A DNA stretch of 64,000 nt from Octopus vulgaris (Eukaryota): NCBI GenBank assembly GCA_951406725.2, contig OX597821.1, positions 24,986,001 to 25,050,000 of the forward strand, read 5' to 3'. The notes beneath the pieces were generated by a model. It was not told the origin of the DNA, did no database searches, and was given only the letters and a program-made list of their open reading frames with translations. Positions 1-13,100 of this stretch are shown here, piece after piece. The position numbers and the translations under genes are program-made. Every line of letters starts with the position of its first letter. Position 1 is the first letter of the stretch.

Positions 1-775
1 AGGTGTCAGTTAACAAGAGGCAACACATTCAAGCCATAGCAAATCTACCTCAACAAATTCCATCCAACCCACGTGAGCATAGAAAAGTGGTTGTTAAAAA
101 GACAATAGTGACAATGAGGATAATGATGATTAGGCTATGATTGAACTGACTATTCTTTATTGTTAAGTAACAGGGTTTCATTCCAGTAATCAATCCACTT
201 CTCTGAAAATTATGTACATATATATATATGTTTTATGTTGTTTATATATATACAATTCATCATATTTCTAAAGAATCTGAATATTGGTTTTAAATTTTGG
301 TACAATGCTGCTAAGCATTTTGCCTGGCAAGCTAATGATTCTACTGGCTTGCTACCTTAAAGAATCTGAAGAAGTTCTTAGCCTATGGTTAATAATTATA
401 GATTTACTGTCATCTGAAAATAATAGTTTAGAATTAATAATTATACTTTAGTAAGATCTATATTTTAAATTGATGTTTTGGGTTTTTTTTCTTTTTTTGC
501 TGGGTGGGTTATGTTAAAACTTTAGTCAACCTAAATTACTCAACCACAGAACTGAACTATTTCACTATCTTCACAAAATTTTATAGTTACTTTTGTAGAT
601 CTTATACTTATCATCAGCTAATTATATTTCATTTGATTAATCACGTAAATTATAAACTATGAACTAAGCAGCAGTCACAATATTCTTGAAATTAATTATA
701 TTTCAATGAATGTTTTCCATTGCTGTTTGTAAATTTTCCCTTTATAAAATCTAGTTTGATTTTCTTCCATTTCAG

Positions 776-825
776 ATATCAATACCTTCTGTATCAGGAT
801 CCCTGTTTGGTAGCAGTATAACTCA
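776..825 (+). CDS. SYCP2/3-like exon ([16 protein letters not shown])
   Basis: Polypyrimidine tract plus ttcag acceptor and gtaagt donor; only one frame is open; ends phase 2, matching the exon at 10336. Confidence 0.65.
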
Positions 826-2407
826 GTAAGTTTGTTAGTCATTAAGATATGTTTTTTGTTGGTAAATTGTTATTTTACTATGACATAAATTTAGGAGCAA
901 CGATAACTTACGAACCAAAATAAGTATAACTAACTTTACTTAATTGTAGTTAAAAAGAGTAGCAACAGTCAAATATAGTGTGAATATGTGTTAAACAGAT
1001 TCAAACCTAATTGATATAATTGTAAGCAAAACATTTCACTACAAAGATCTTTAAAACCAGTAATAAACCTTAAATGGCAGCTTTTGGACAGAACGTTGCC
1101 ATTTGAAATAAAATAATTTATGGGAAAAATAAATACAGCAATACCTCACTTAATAATCCCTTCTTAAATATTTCCTGCTTTAATATTTTAAAAAAATTAT
1201 AAAAATAAAATCTTAATAAAATATGTACTGAAAATACATAATGATTAAGGTAAAAATTTAACTATCACTATGCATCTCAATAAAATGCCTGTTAGTATTT
1301 TGTTTTTTTATTCCTTCAGTCATTCATTTAGTTAGCATTTTGACCTGTGTACATAATGTATTCACATATTCTCAACTTCCTTTTCATCAACTTTTGAATA
1401 AATTCACCTTTGCAGTTTAGTTAATTTCTAACTAGATTTAGATTATTTTAATGATTCGGCTAATGTATTTGAACAATTTTAGTTATTTTCTCAATTTATC
1501 CAATACAATGCTTAAACAAGTAAATAGTATTCTCCTAAACAATAGATCCACTTATTTCGGTTAGTAACTTATTCACGAATATACCAACACAAACGCTGCT
1601 GAGGGTAATATTCTCTGGGAACACACAAAAGCCTTTTTTCACGGTTAATTACTTTGAATTGTTATTATCTCATATCTGATTAGCCTGTTATTACGTAACA
1701 TGTTTCATGATTTTAGTATACATACCTTATTACTATTTCCTCCTAAAATCTATATACTCTGGGAACATATTAAAGCCCTTTTCGGGGCTACTTTATTTGA
1801 ATTCTTACTAAGGGTAGTTAATTTCATGTTATTACATAACTGACTTCACAATTTGAGTGTTCATAACTTATTGGAAATTCCTAAAAACAAGATCCTTTGT
1901 AAGACAGTTCAGTATTCTCAATAAATACACAAAAACTGTTTTAAGGGCTACATACTTTATATTGTTGTTACTGGATTAGCAAAACAATTATGAGAAAAGA
2001 ACCAAGAGATAAGCCCACTTTCCCAGGAATTACCAGGTATGGCAGCTACTATATATATATATATATATATATGCTTATTATAGCCTCAGGCCAACCAAAA
2101 CCTTGTGAGTGGATTTCGTATTTGGAAACTGAAAGAAGACTGTTGTATTTATGTGTGTGTGTGTCTTGTTTTGTACCCCCACCATTGTTTGACAACTGAT
2201 GTTGCTGTGTTTACATTCCCGTAACTTAGTGGTTTGGTAAAAGATACTGACAGAATAAATACTAGGCTTACGAAGAATAAATCCTGTGGTTGATTTCTTC
2301 GACCAATGGTAGTGCTCCAGCATGGCTGCAGTCACATGACTGAAACAAGTAAAACAATAAAAATCTATGTCATTTTAATCCCAAGCAAGGCCGAGTATCT
2401 CTGCTAG

Positions 2408-2457
<50 letters not shown>

Positions 2458-5400
2458 CATATATGTTGGATGGTGTTTGTTTGTCCACCACCACTCTTGA
2501 CAACTGATGTTAGATTGTTTGCATCCCTGTAACTTAACGGTTCGGCAAAAGAGACCAATAGAATAAGTACTGAGGTCAGTTTGTTCAACTAAACCTTTCA
2601 ATGCAGTGTCCTAGCATGGCTGCAGTCTAATGACTGAAACAAGTAAAAGATAAAAAAATAAATATATGTACACACACACATGCACACACATCATCATCAT
2701 CATCTTTTAGTGTTCATCTGCCATACTGGCATGGGTTAGATAGTTGAACAAGATCTGACTAGTCGAATTGTGCTACAAAGTCTGCTTTGGTATGGTTTCT
2801 GGATGGATGCCCTTCATAATGCTAACCACTTTACAGAGTATTATTCTATATATCTCTGGCAGAGATGAACCACTGCTATCTCTAGCGGTTAAGTATCCAT
2901 CATTGACAAGACCAAGGGAAGTCGAAATCACATGCTCTGGTAGTCTCAGCACTGAAGACAGCGAGGATTTATCTCCCTTCTAGTAATAAACAAGAGTGTA
3001 TTTTGCACCAAAAGCCAATATGCAAGTTTCTCTCATGGTAACTACCACAATATAGTTTTATATAACAGAACATCCACATATCAGTGGGGATGAATATTAC
3101 TTTATAGAGTGTACTGAGTTGTTCTTTTTTTTTTTTAATACCAGTATTAGTGCAGTTGTTCTATAGGTCACAAAACTAGAGTCTCCTTTAACTTAGTGAG
3201 ACTACAGTTGAGAAGAAAGTAGCTTTTACTGAATGAGTCTATAGTAGAAAAGAGAGCATGTTACAGCATGAAGGAAGGGGATGAAACAGGTTTCTTACTG
3301 CAAAGGAGAAGAAACATGATTACTCACATTATACAAGAGTGGGTAGAAGTAATCAGGGTAGAGCGTGAAAGAGAGATAAAGATGGTGGTGATGAGGTGGG
3401 CTCTGAGGACAGATGAACAAGAAGAATGGGTGAAAAGAAGTTGCAGAAGTGTTTGGGGAGAGTAAACTTTAAACACCTTATTATTTGTAATAGCTGAAAG
3501 TAATTTAGTATTATAGTGATAAAACAAGTACATAATCACTGTATTGGAATTGATAGCTTGTCAGCATTTAATTTAATGTCTACTGTATTTCAGAATTATT
3601 CTGAACATTGGATCAACCTTTAAACATAAAACTCAAAGACAGTAAAGGCCCCTAAAAATGTAGAACCTATAGAATACACTACTCTTGTTACTAGGTTAAT
3701 TCAGCACTGTGTACTGTTCTATCTCACAAAGTATGTCTCTGTTGAGTTTAGAGGTCATTGCTTTAAACTATTGTGTTTGCTTGTTTGGATGACTATTGGT
3801 AAATTTTATTTATAGATATTTAATTATGTTAATATTTGTTGCTTTTTGTCATTCTGCTTTAATCTACATATTTTTTTGCCTCTGTTGGATAAATAAATTG
3901 TTGTTGTTATTAACAGACCCCAGTGTTTAAAAAAAATACCACTTAACTGGCTTTTTTTTTTTATCACCTCAGGAGGAATTAAGGCAAAAGAGAAAATCCT
4001 ACTACGGTCAACTTTTCCTTTTATCCCTTGTGGGTCAATAAAATACAGTATTAGTTAAGTACTGAGGTTGATTCAATCAACTAACCACTTCCCCTAGAAC
4101 AGAATATGATGCAAACCCATGTCATCCCACATTTACCTTCACTACCACTCTGATCATCATCATCATCATCATCATCATCATTTAACATCCGTTTTCCATG
4201 CTAGCATGGGTTGGACGGTTTTGACTGAGGGCTGGCAACCAGATGGCTACACCAGGCTCCAGTCTTGATCTGGCAGAGTTTCTACTGCTGGATACCCTTC
4301 CTAATGCCAACCACTCCGAGAGTGTAGTGAATGCTTTTTATGTGCCACCTGCATGGGGGCAATGACCTCGCTCGAATCTTTTACACATGCCACCGACACG
4401 TGTAAAAGATTCGGGCGAGGTCATTTCCAGTACCGCCTGACTGGCCCCCGTGCATCATATAATTCAGTCAAATCTGAAAACCAATTTTTGAGGATAAACT
4501 TATTTGTACTGATATAGAGGATTGCTTTTGTACACTGTTATGTCAAATGCGGTAACAATGAATCACAATTAAAGGAAATTGCAAATGACATAGCTAAAAT
4601 TAGCAAGGAAAGTCAAACTTCCACACATAATTTTAGCAACCAAAGTAAAAATTGTGATAGAATTCCTTTGGTGATTTACTGGCACTGAAATTTTACAGGC
4701 ATTTCAAAAGTGTTACATGAAAGTTACCAGCATGTTACAGAAAAATATCCTCATTTTAAACAAATATTCTCATAGCTACCTTTTTTCTTTTTTCTCTTTT
4801 CTTTCTTTTTCCTTTTACCAGTTACAAAATTGAAAACTGGTGATATCATTGTATCAAAATAGGAACACAGGATTTCCTCATTTATATTTTGAATTTCTGT
4901 GTTTCTACAGTTATTTTCTTTTTACATTTTGAATTTGAAGAAGACAGATGATTTGTTGAACAATCTATTACAAATTGCATTATGCTCTTCTTATTGTCTG
5001 TTATTATTATGATTAATATCATAATTATTAGCAAAACCAGGCTCTTTGACCCACAGGAACTCACAGCCCCTTTGGCGAATACAAGATTTTTCTATCTTTG
5101 TATTGGCTGGGAGCAGGTGGTGGTGGTACTGTGGTGCTATTCCAGAAAAGCCTGGTTCTGAAAATAAAGACAATCTTCTGGAAGTGAACGGCAGTGCCTT
5201 CAGACTGGTGGTTGCCTATGCTCTGACAAGGGCAGGACAGTCCGATTATTTCAAGTATCTGGAGGTATTCCTGGGTACGTCTCACACTTTAGTGCTAGTA
5301 GGGAACTGGAATGCTGTCTTAGACGAATGTTTCAATCAGGTGGGAATGGCAGCATCTGATAGGAGAGTGGGGTGCAAAAGCCTCCCTAACCTGCTCAAAC

Positions 5401-8400
5401 CCTTCCAACTGTCTGACAGCTATCAACTAGACAACCCGAATGTGCCAATGTGGACTTGGACAAATCACATCAGGTCACCTAGATCGTACTTAAATAGAGT
5501 TTTCTGTAGGCCAGTGGATAAGGACAGTATAGGGTGTCCACAATTCCACATAGTCGGCTATACAGACCACAGATTTGTGAACTGTACTGTCAACTTAGAC
5601 AGGATCGCAGTTACTGGAAGCTAAACACATTATTAACGGCCATGCAAAGCTTAGAGAGACCAGATTAGCAAATTAGTTAAGCGGGCATTGATGGGTGATC
5701 ATCAACAACAACTGGTGGTTTACTCTTAAGAGAGCAATTAGAGCAGAATCAATTAGGTTTAGTAAGGCTTTAGCTGTAGAAAGAAATAAAATAGGAGATT
5801 TAGTTAGAAATCTAGATGAGGCTCTTAGGTCAGGTCTTGTGACCGACATGTTGGCGGCGAGGTTGGCCCTCAACAAACAACTTCGACACCAAACACGAAT
5901 GCTGTGTTGTCAGAGCTAAGGCACATTTGGCAAGTTGGCGGGGCACTAAGGTCGCTTGATGGGCCTATGTGATGGAGGCTAAACATGGTAACAGGGCGAC
6001 CATTTGGTTTTTGAAGGTATTTGAATTGAAGCAGATATGTATGGCCTTTCAGCACCACTTTGCTCAACTGTTTGGGATGAGCTGTGGGATGGATAATGGG
6101 GCAGACTTCAGTGTGTACCTGGACAGCCTGCCACGACTCTCACCAAATGAGGCAGAGTGCTGTGAAAGACTGATACTAGCCTGGGAAGTACAGGAAGTGA
6201 TAAAAAGCTGCACGAGAGGTAGATCACCGGGTTTGGATGGTCTGCCCTACAAGCTTTACATTTCAATATCTGACTTGTTTGCAGGTCTCTTGGCAGACAT
6301 CTACTGCAACTGGCAACAAAATGGGAGAATTCCTGCTTTTGTTTGTAGAGGATTGGTGGCACAGAGCAACAGAGTCCTCAATGTCACCCACAGTTAGAAT
6401 ACTGCAATCTGAGTCTATATATCAATGTACCAACTTTTCTTTTCATCTATATATCTACTATCTCTCTCTCTCTCACTTCCTCTGTGTCCCACCTCTCTCC
6501 CGCTATTAATTTAATACTGTTCTATCTTAATACTGAAGAAAAGTGTGATGGGCAGACACAGCTCTTATTTAAAAAAAATTTAAAAAATAGTATAGATTAT
6601 TATTATTAATAATGAGAATTGACAAGAGCCATCATCATCAACAGGTACTAAATCTCCTTTAAAAGGAAAATCAGAGAGGTGTCAGTTAGGGATTGCTTTA
6701 GAAAACAATAAACAAGTTAGTAACTTATAAGAGGCATATTGGAGTGGGACTGCAAATGATATGCTAGCAGTGAGAATGGCACTTGGCCATTTCTTTGACA
6801 TGAAACACAAAGGCTGTAGTATCCAAGCTAGAGTGCATGCTTTGAAACACAAAGACTCAAAAGCCATTGGCTTGGCCTGGGCCTGGGTAGTGGAAGCATA
6901 CCATGGAAACAAATCTAGAATTCAGTGTGTGACAGACTGCAACAGCCATATGCTCTCCAATTCCAAACAGATGAGCACAGTGTTTTGGCAACACTTCACT
7001 TTTAAGGAGTGGCATTCTTGAGACAGTAGGCTTTGATGTGTACCTTGATGGTACACCATGCCTATCAGACAAGGAGATTGAGTGTTGCAAGAAACTGATT
7101 TCAGTGGAGGAAGTGGCAGATGTACTGAGCTGCTGTGTGAGACACAAATCATCAGGATCTGATGGTCTGCCCTATGAACTATATTTCCACTTGTCTGACT
7201 TGTTGCTCCAGTTTTGGCAGCAGTCTACGGAAATATTCCCAGTTGTGTGAGCTGGGGAATGGTGACTGTTGAGGAAGGATCCAAACAAGGAGGATGTGAT
7301 TGAAAACTTCAGGCCCATAACTTTACTTAACACTGAGTTAAAGATTTTAGCTAAGATGCTCTTTAAAGGTCTGGCACTTGTTGTTGGTAGTATAGTCAGG
7401 GATGCACAAACCTGTGCAATCCCCAGTAGATCTATTCACAACAACCTCTACCTCATGCGATACATTGTAGAATGGGTTGGGAATAGATCTGGATTTGGAG
7501 GGGCACTGGTCACTTTGGACCAGTCCAAAACTTTTGACAGGGCGGACCATCACTATCTGGTGTCTGTCCTAAAAGCTGTCAGTTTTGGTCCCATCTTCAA
7601 AGGCTGAATTGCCACAATGTATAGTGGCATCTGCTTGATTGTCAAATTAAATGGCCACCTCTTGGATCCTTTCACTCAATTCACCAAGGATTCCCTCTCT
7701 CCTTGCTTTATATATTTTAGCTTTAGAACCCATGCTGTGAAGGCTGGAAAATTTGAGGAGTATCCCTCTGGAACTAGGCCACAGGAGAGCTGTGTCTGCA
7801 TATGCAGACAACATAACTGTCATGGTGTTCAACTCTTTGAATATAGAAACGATCAACACTACACTGGAAGAATATCAGGCATGCCCAGGAGCACTCATAA
7901 ACCAGAACAAATGGGTAGGTTTGCAACTTGGCTCTTTGAGAGACAAGTCTGTGTGGATTAGCAGCAATTTCTCTTACTTGACTGAGAGTCCGGTGAAAGT
8001 GTTTAAGAGTCTGGTTCAGACCAGATCTCCAGATAGATAGTAACTGGGAAGAGGTCATGGCTAGGGTGGCCAAACTCACCCAGAAATGGGCAGATAGGAA
8101 GCTGTCTCTGAAATGTCGGGCAGAGGTAGCCAATGCATATATCATCTTGGTAGTGTACTACTGCCTAGCTGTTGCACATTGTCCTAAGAAAACTCTGCCC
8201 AAATTAGAGCACTTACTATTCTGATTCTTATGAAAGGGTCAGAAAATCCATTTGCACTATGGTGATCTTTGGATGCCATCTTTTATGATGTGGGCATTAT
8301 GCTTTGAGGCTGTCGCACCTCCAGAAATATCTAAATCACTGCAATGGAGTAAACAACAGCAATGAATACAATGGTGAACTGGTGTGGGTGTCCTTAGTGT

Positions 8401-10097
8401 GACACGTCATTATACAGCTGATCTTATTGACAGAGCTGCTTTGATAGGTCAAATGTAGACCAAGATTGGATGTTTGACATCTAGAATGTTGCTAGGCACT
8501 CACTGCACTGTACCAGCTGGTCGAAATTGTTAGCAAGAAAACAATCCAAGATTTTTATAGGAGGTTAGTTTAAGGTATGAGCAATAAAGGCCTAGGATTT
8601 GCTCTAGGTATTGATGAGAATAGTTCGAGTTGTTTCTTCTGGACAACCTTCAGGTCGAAAATCATGGACAATTTCCAAAAGTCTTTGGCATAGCAGTGCT
8701 ACAGGGAGACATTGCCTGTTCAAGACAAGCTCATCGGGCATGGCAGTGCCAACAGCTGAACCTGCTCGAGATGCATACAGGGGAACAGAACCATCCTGCA
8801 TGCAATAATTCAATGTTCATGAATTAGAGAGTTGTGAGCTTGTATGGAGGAGCAGCTGCTTTTGCATGTAAGACAAATTCAGCTATCTACCAAGAGTATT
8901 GTGAAGATTGATGCACTGGCTTCCCTTAGCAGAGAAGGAAGGCAGATCTTTCTCTGCTTAGTGGCTATAGCAAAAGAGGTTGAGTGATGGAACTGTTTCA
9001 ATTGACAGAGCTGCTTTGATAGGTCAAATGTAGACCAAGATTGGATGTTTGACATCTAGAATGTTGCTAGGCACTCACTGCACTGTACCAGCTGGTCGAA
9101 ATTGTTAGCAAGAAAACAATCCAAGATTTTTATCAATTTTTTTTAATTATCATTTGAAGAGGGAGGTGCTGCCTTCTAGTGTGTTTATCGAAAGGTGGTC
9201 AACAGTAGCAAGAATGATGAGACCGAATGGACCAATTCTGAGTATGTTTTCGTAAGTAGAAGGAAAGAAACTGAAAAGGGTACTTTCCTATGCTTTAGGG
9301 ATGGCAGAGTAATCCAGGATTTTTGCATGGGGTTTACCCCAAATTACCCCAAGTGGACTGTCCCACTATTGGGGATTCTAATTATATATTTATTTCTCTA
9401 ATTTCTATTATATATCCTCTCTTATATCCATTAATGTGGTATCTCCCTTAGATTGATATAAATCCCACCTGTTTTCATATTTTCTGTTTTTATGTGCTGT
9501 AACTTGTCTTTCAATATTGTCATCCATGTCTTGGGCCCTTGTATCCAATAAAATAAATCATTATTATTGAGTGAGAGAGAGCTGTGCATACCATCAAAGT
9601 GACATTAGGGTACAAATATATCCATCATGACTACCTGCCTGATAAGGGTATACCAGGCACATACATCACAATCATATGTGCATGACTTGATGGTCTTATA
9701 TTGAGATAAACAGCACATAATCTTGCAGGTTAGAATTTTCTTAAGGTCCAGTAGCCCATTCCATTCAAAATGTCCTTGAATGATGGTTATTTAGGGCTGA
9801 TGAACAAAACACTCATGTTTCCAGAGTTGAATTATTGAAACCCCAAAAAATTCCTCTCAACACATGGCTATGATGCTCTCCCATTATTCCTGCTCATGAT
9901 CAAAGATGTATATATTGTCAGCCACTAAGAGACATGCTCAACTGGTTATAGTCAAGCAACTGATAGGCAAATCTGTGGTATTGAGCAGAATATTTACTGC
10001 AGCCCATGACAAAACATGTACATGATAATACTTCCAATCATTTAAGATCAGAAGCCCTGAGATCCACTGCCTGGTACTGCGCCAGGATTGCTGCTGC

Positions 10098-10128
<31 letters not shown>

Positions 10129-13100
10129 GTTGATCATGAAGAAAATGATTTCCTTTTCTAAATGTAACCTGATAATTTGATGATTGATTATTTCATCTTT
10201 TAGAGAACTGTTATTGATTATTTGGACCAAAATACTTTTGTGCTACACTTTCATATATATATACATACTTATCATTTCAGCAATGATAATCAAGAGAACA
10301 CTTGTTTTATTTTAATAATTCTTGTTAATTTTCAGAAACAGTGAGGTCAGTTGGATTGCTGCTGCTAAAAGAAGCAATCATCAAGAACATGAGATACAGA
10401 AAACCTACAGTACCAAGAAAGACACGACATATTTTGGTTCTTATCCCAGTATACCCAAAGCCTTGAAAAACAAGAAGAAACCAGTGAAAAAAGACAGTAA
10501 AAAACTGAAGAAGAACTATAAGGTTTTAGTTAGTTGTTTATTTATTTTATTTCTTCATTTGTTATTTTATTATAGTTTTAAGTTAAAGTTATTACAAAAT
10601 TTATTTGACCAACAATATATATAAACCAATATTAAATAATAGCTACCAAGGTTTTTATCAAATATACACTGGTCAGATGACATGCTTTTATTGACAAGCA
10701 GTTTCAAAAAATGAAGTTGAATACTAAAAAATAAGTTAAATTTTGTATATCATGATAATGAGAATATGAATTTAAGTACATCAACACAGTAATTAGTTGA
10801 TGGTCTCCTTGATGAGTAATGTTTAATATTAGTAAATGTATTTTGCTATTGTTTTCGTATCACTGTTGTAAATTTGTTTAAACATTCCTAAGTACCCCCC
10901 CCCCCTCCATTTTTATATCAACACTAGTAGCAACAAGCTAATAAGAAGTCCCTATGTGGTTGCTCACCTTGCTAGAAATACTAGCCAAATCTCTTTCATA
11001 TCACATCCTACTATCTTAAAAGTAAGAAGCACACATAAGATAATGTAATTCTAGATATACTATGCCTGAATAAAAAAAAAACAAAATGGCCTTCGCTGAA
11101 ACTAATTTGATTATAAATTTGTTGGATCAGAGTAGATTTGGAGATAAGCAACAACAGTAACAACAACTGGTGGCAAATACCTGATGTTGTCCAACTTCAT
11201 TAAATAATTTACACAGTTAACATCAGTATATAAAAAATATTTTAGTTTCTCTTCATATTTAACGATAAACTTCTTCAAGAATCTGATATTTCTCTTTCTA
11301 AGAATACAAAAAGATCTGCATGAAAAGTGAAGTTGTATCGCTTGAGGAAAGCTAGTTTAAAATGTAGGCAATATACATTTCATTCTAATTTTTAAAAATG
11401 AGACAAGGGAGACTCTATGTAGTCACTGGATTGGTAGAAATAGCAGCCAAATCACCCTTAAACCATATACTATCTTTAAAAAAAGAGAGGACACATTGGA
11501 TAATGTAGTTCTGGATACATTGTATGAAAATAAGATGGGATGACTTCGACTTAAAGTCCATTGGGTATGGACTAACAAATAACAACTTGTTTTAATTAGA
11601 GAAATAACTTGTCAACCAGAAATCATAGAAATTAAATTATATTACAGTATTTAAACCACAATCTTTTAAGCCACACACAAGGTTGTACCACAATATTTCC
11701 TAAGTCAAACAACTGACATGATGTAACTATTCCAGAAGCCAGGGTACACATGAAATGATGTGTGGGTTTACAGCTCTAACTATGATATATTAACTATAAA
11801 TAAACCATTTTTATTGTTTCTCAATATAATTCTATTTATCTCAAAATAAGTTTGATTTCAATGCAAATGTATATAATTATTATCTATGCAGATTTGGTAT
11901 CAAATCTAAAAGTAGTTTAACTTGCTAATGATCTGTGTCACTCAACTCTTAGAGATACAGTTGATCTAGGTGTTTGACATGTTAAAAGAAGACCTAGATA
12001 CATGCACACACACACACACATGCCTTTTTTCTGTTTTTAAATAATCAACATTGTAAGACAAGCAGTTCCTTGTTTCCATCCAGTATGTTAGATGTGCATT
12101 AATTTATTAAATTGAATACAAAAGTAGTTCCCTGGTATGTTATGTCCAAGACTAAATTATTCACTGTCCTCAATCATTGTAAGATGGTATGGTGAAGTTT
12201 GTGGGAGAGTTTGCTTTATTTCTACTACATCAAGCAACTGCATAGAGACTTTGATGTGTGTACTCATTGAAAGCAAGAGATACAGAAAAGATCCAATGGT
12301 ATTTCAGACAGCTTGACAGAAATTGAGAACTTATACACACGGGGTTCATTAGATGTAACTGATAGTGACATAATTTGTGCTGGAGTATAATAGCTACTGT
12401 TAGGATCTAGTGAGAAAAGGTTCAGTAAACCATTTCTTCTCTCTCCCTTTGTAAAAAGTAGACTGTACAATGTATGTAGAAGTGTGGTGTTATATGATAG
12501 TGATATGGTCTGTTTGATACACAAGTGTTCATTTCCCCTCTTGCAACAGTACTGATGCAGTGCAAGAGTGCGTAGGAATTAAATGTATCACTTGAAGGCA
12601 TAGGAAAAAATGCTGTCAGGATTTAGAATAAACATGAGTGATAAGAGTGGCAATATTCTATACAGAAGATCCAACCAACTTGGGAAAATAGACATTGAAG
12701 TGATGATAGTGGTGGTGACTGGTTGTAAATGAGAAGGAGATTATTTCTTCCATATAATATAGAAAAGAATGATTATTTTTCAATTAAGCTTTTATATTAT
12801 GATTATTAGGAAAATATATTCATGACAGTTTGTTAAAAGTTAACATAAAAACTGAATGCCTATATACTTTTATTGCTATACTACATAAACACTTATATTT
12901 GTCTATACAAAAAATCTGTAGTACAATCAATGAAGCAAAACAACAGTAACTTATATTCTTTTATCTTAAACAGGAAAATGAATTCACATTTAATGATACT
13001 GAAATTACATGTGGTGGTTCTCTCAACTTTCTTACTGATGAAGAACATCAAGTGTTGACCAGAACAACTACAGAACTGAGCCACAGTCAGAGCATCAACA

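Noticed and set aside
4911-4990. Extra SYCP-like exon after tttctacag
   Set aside because: There is a stop in the required phase and no good donor.
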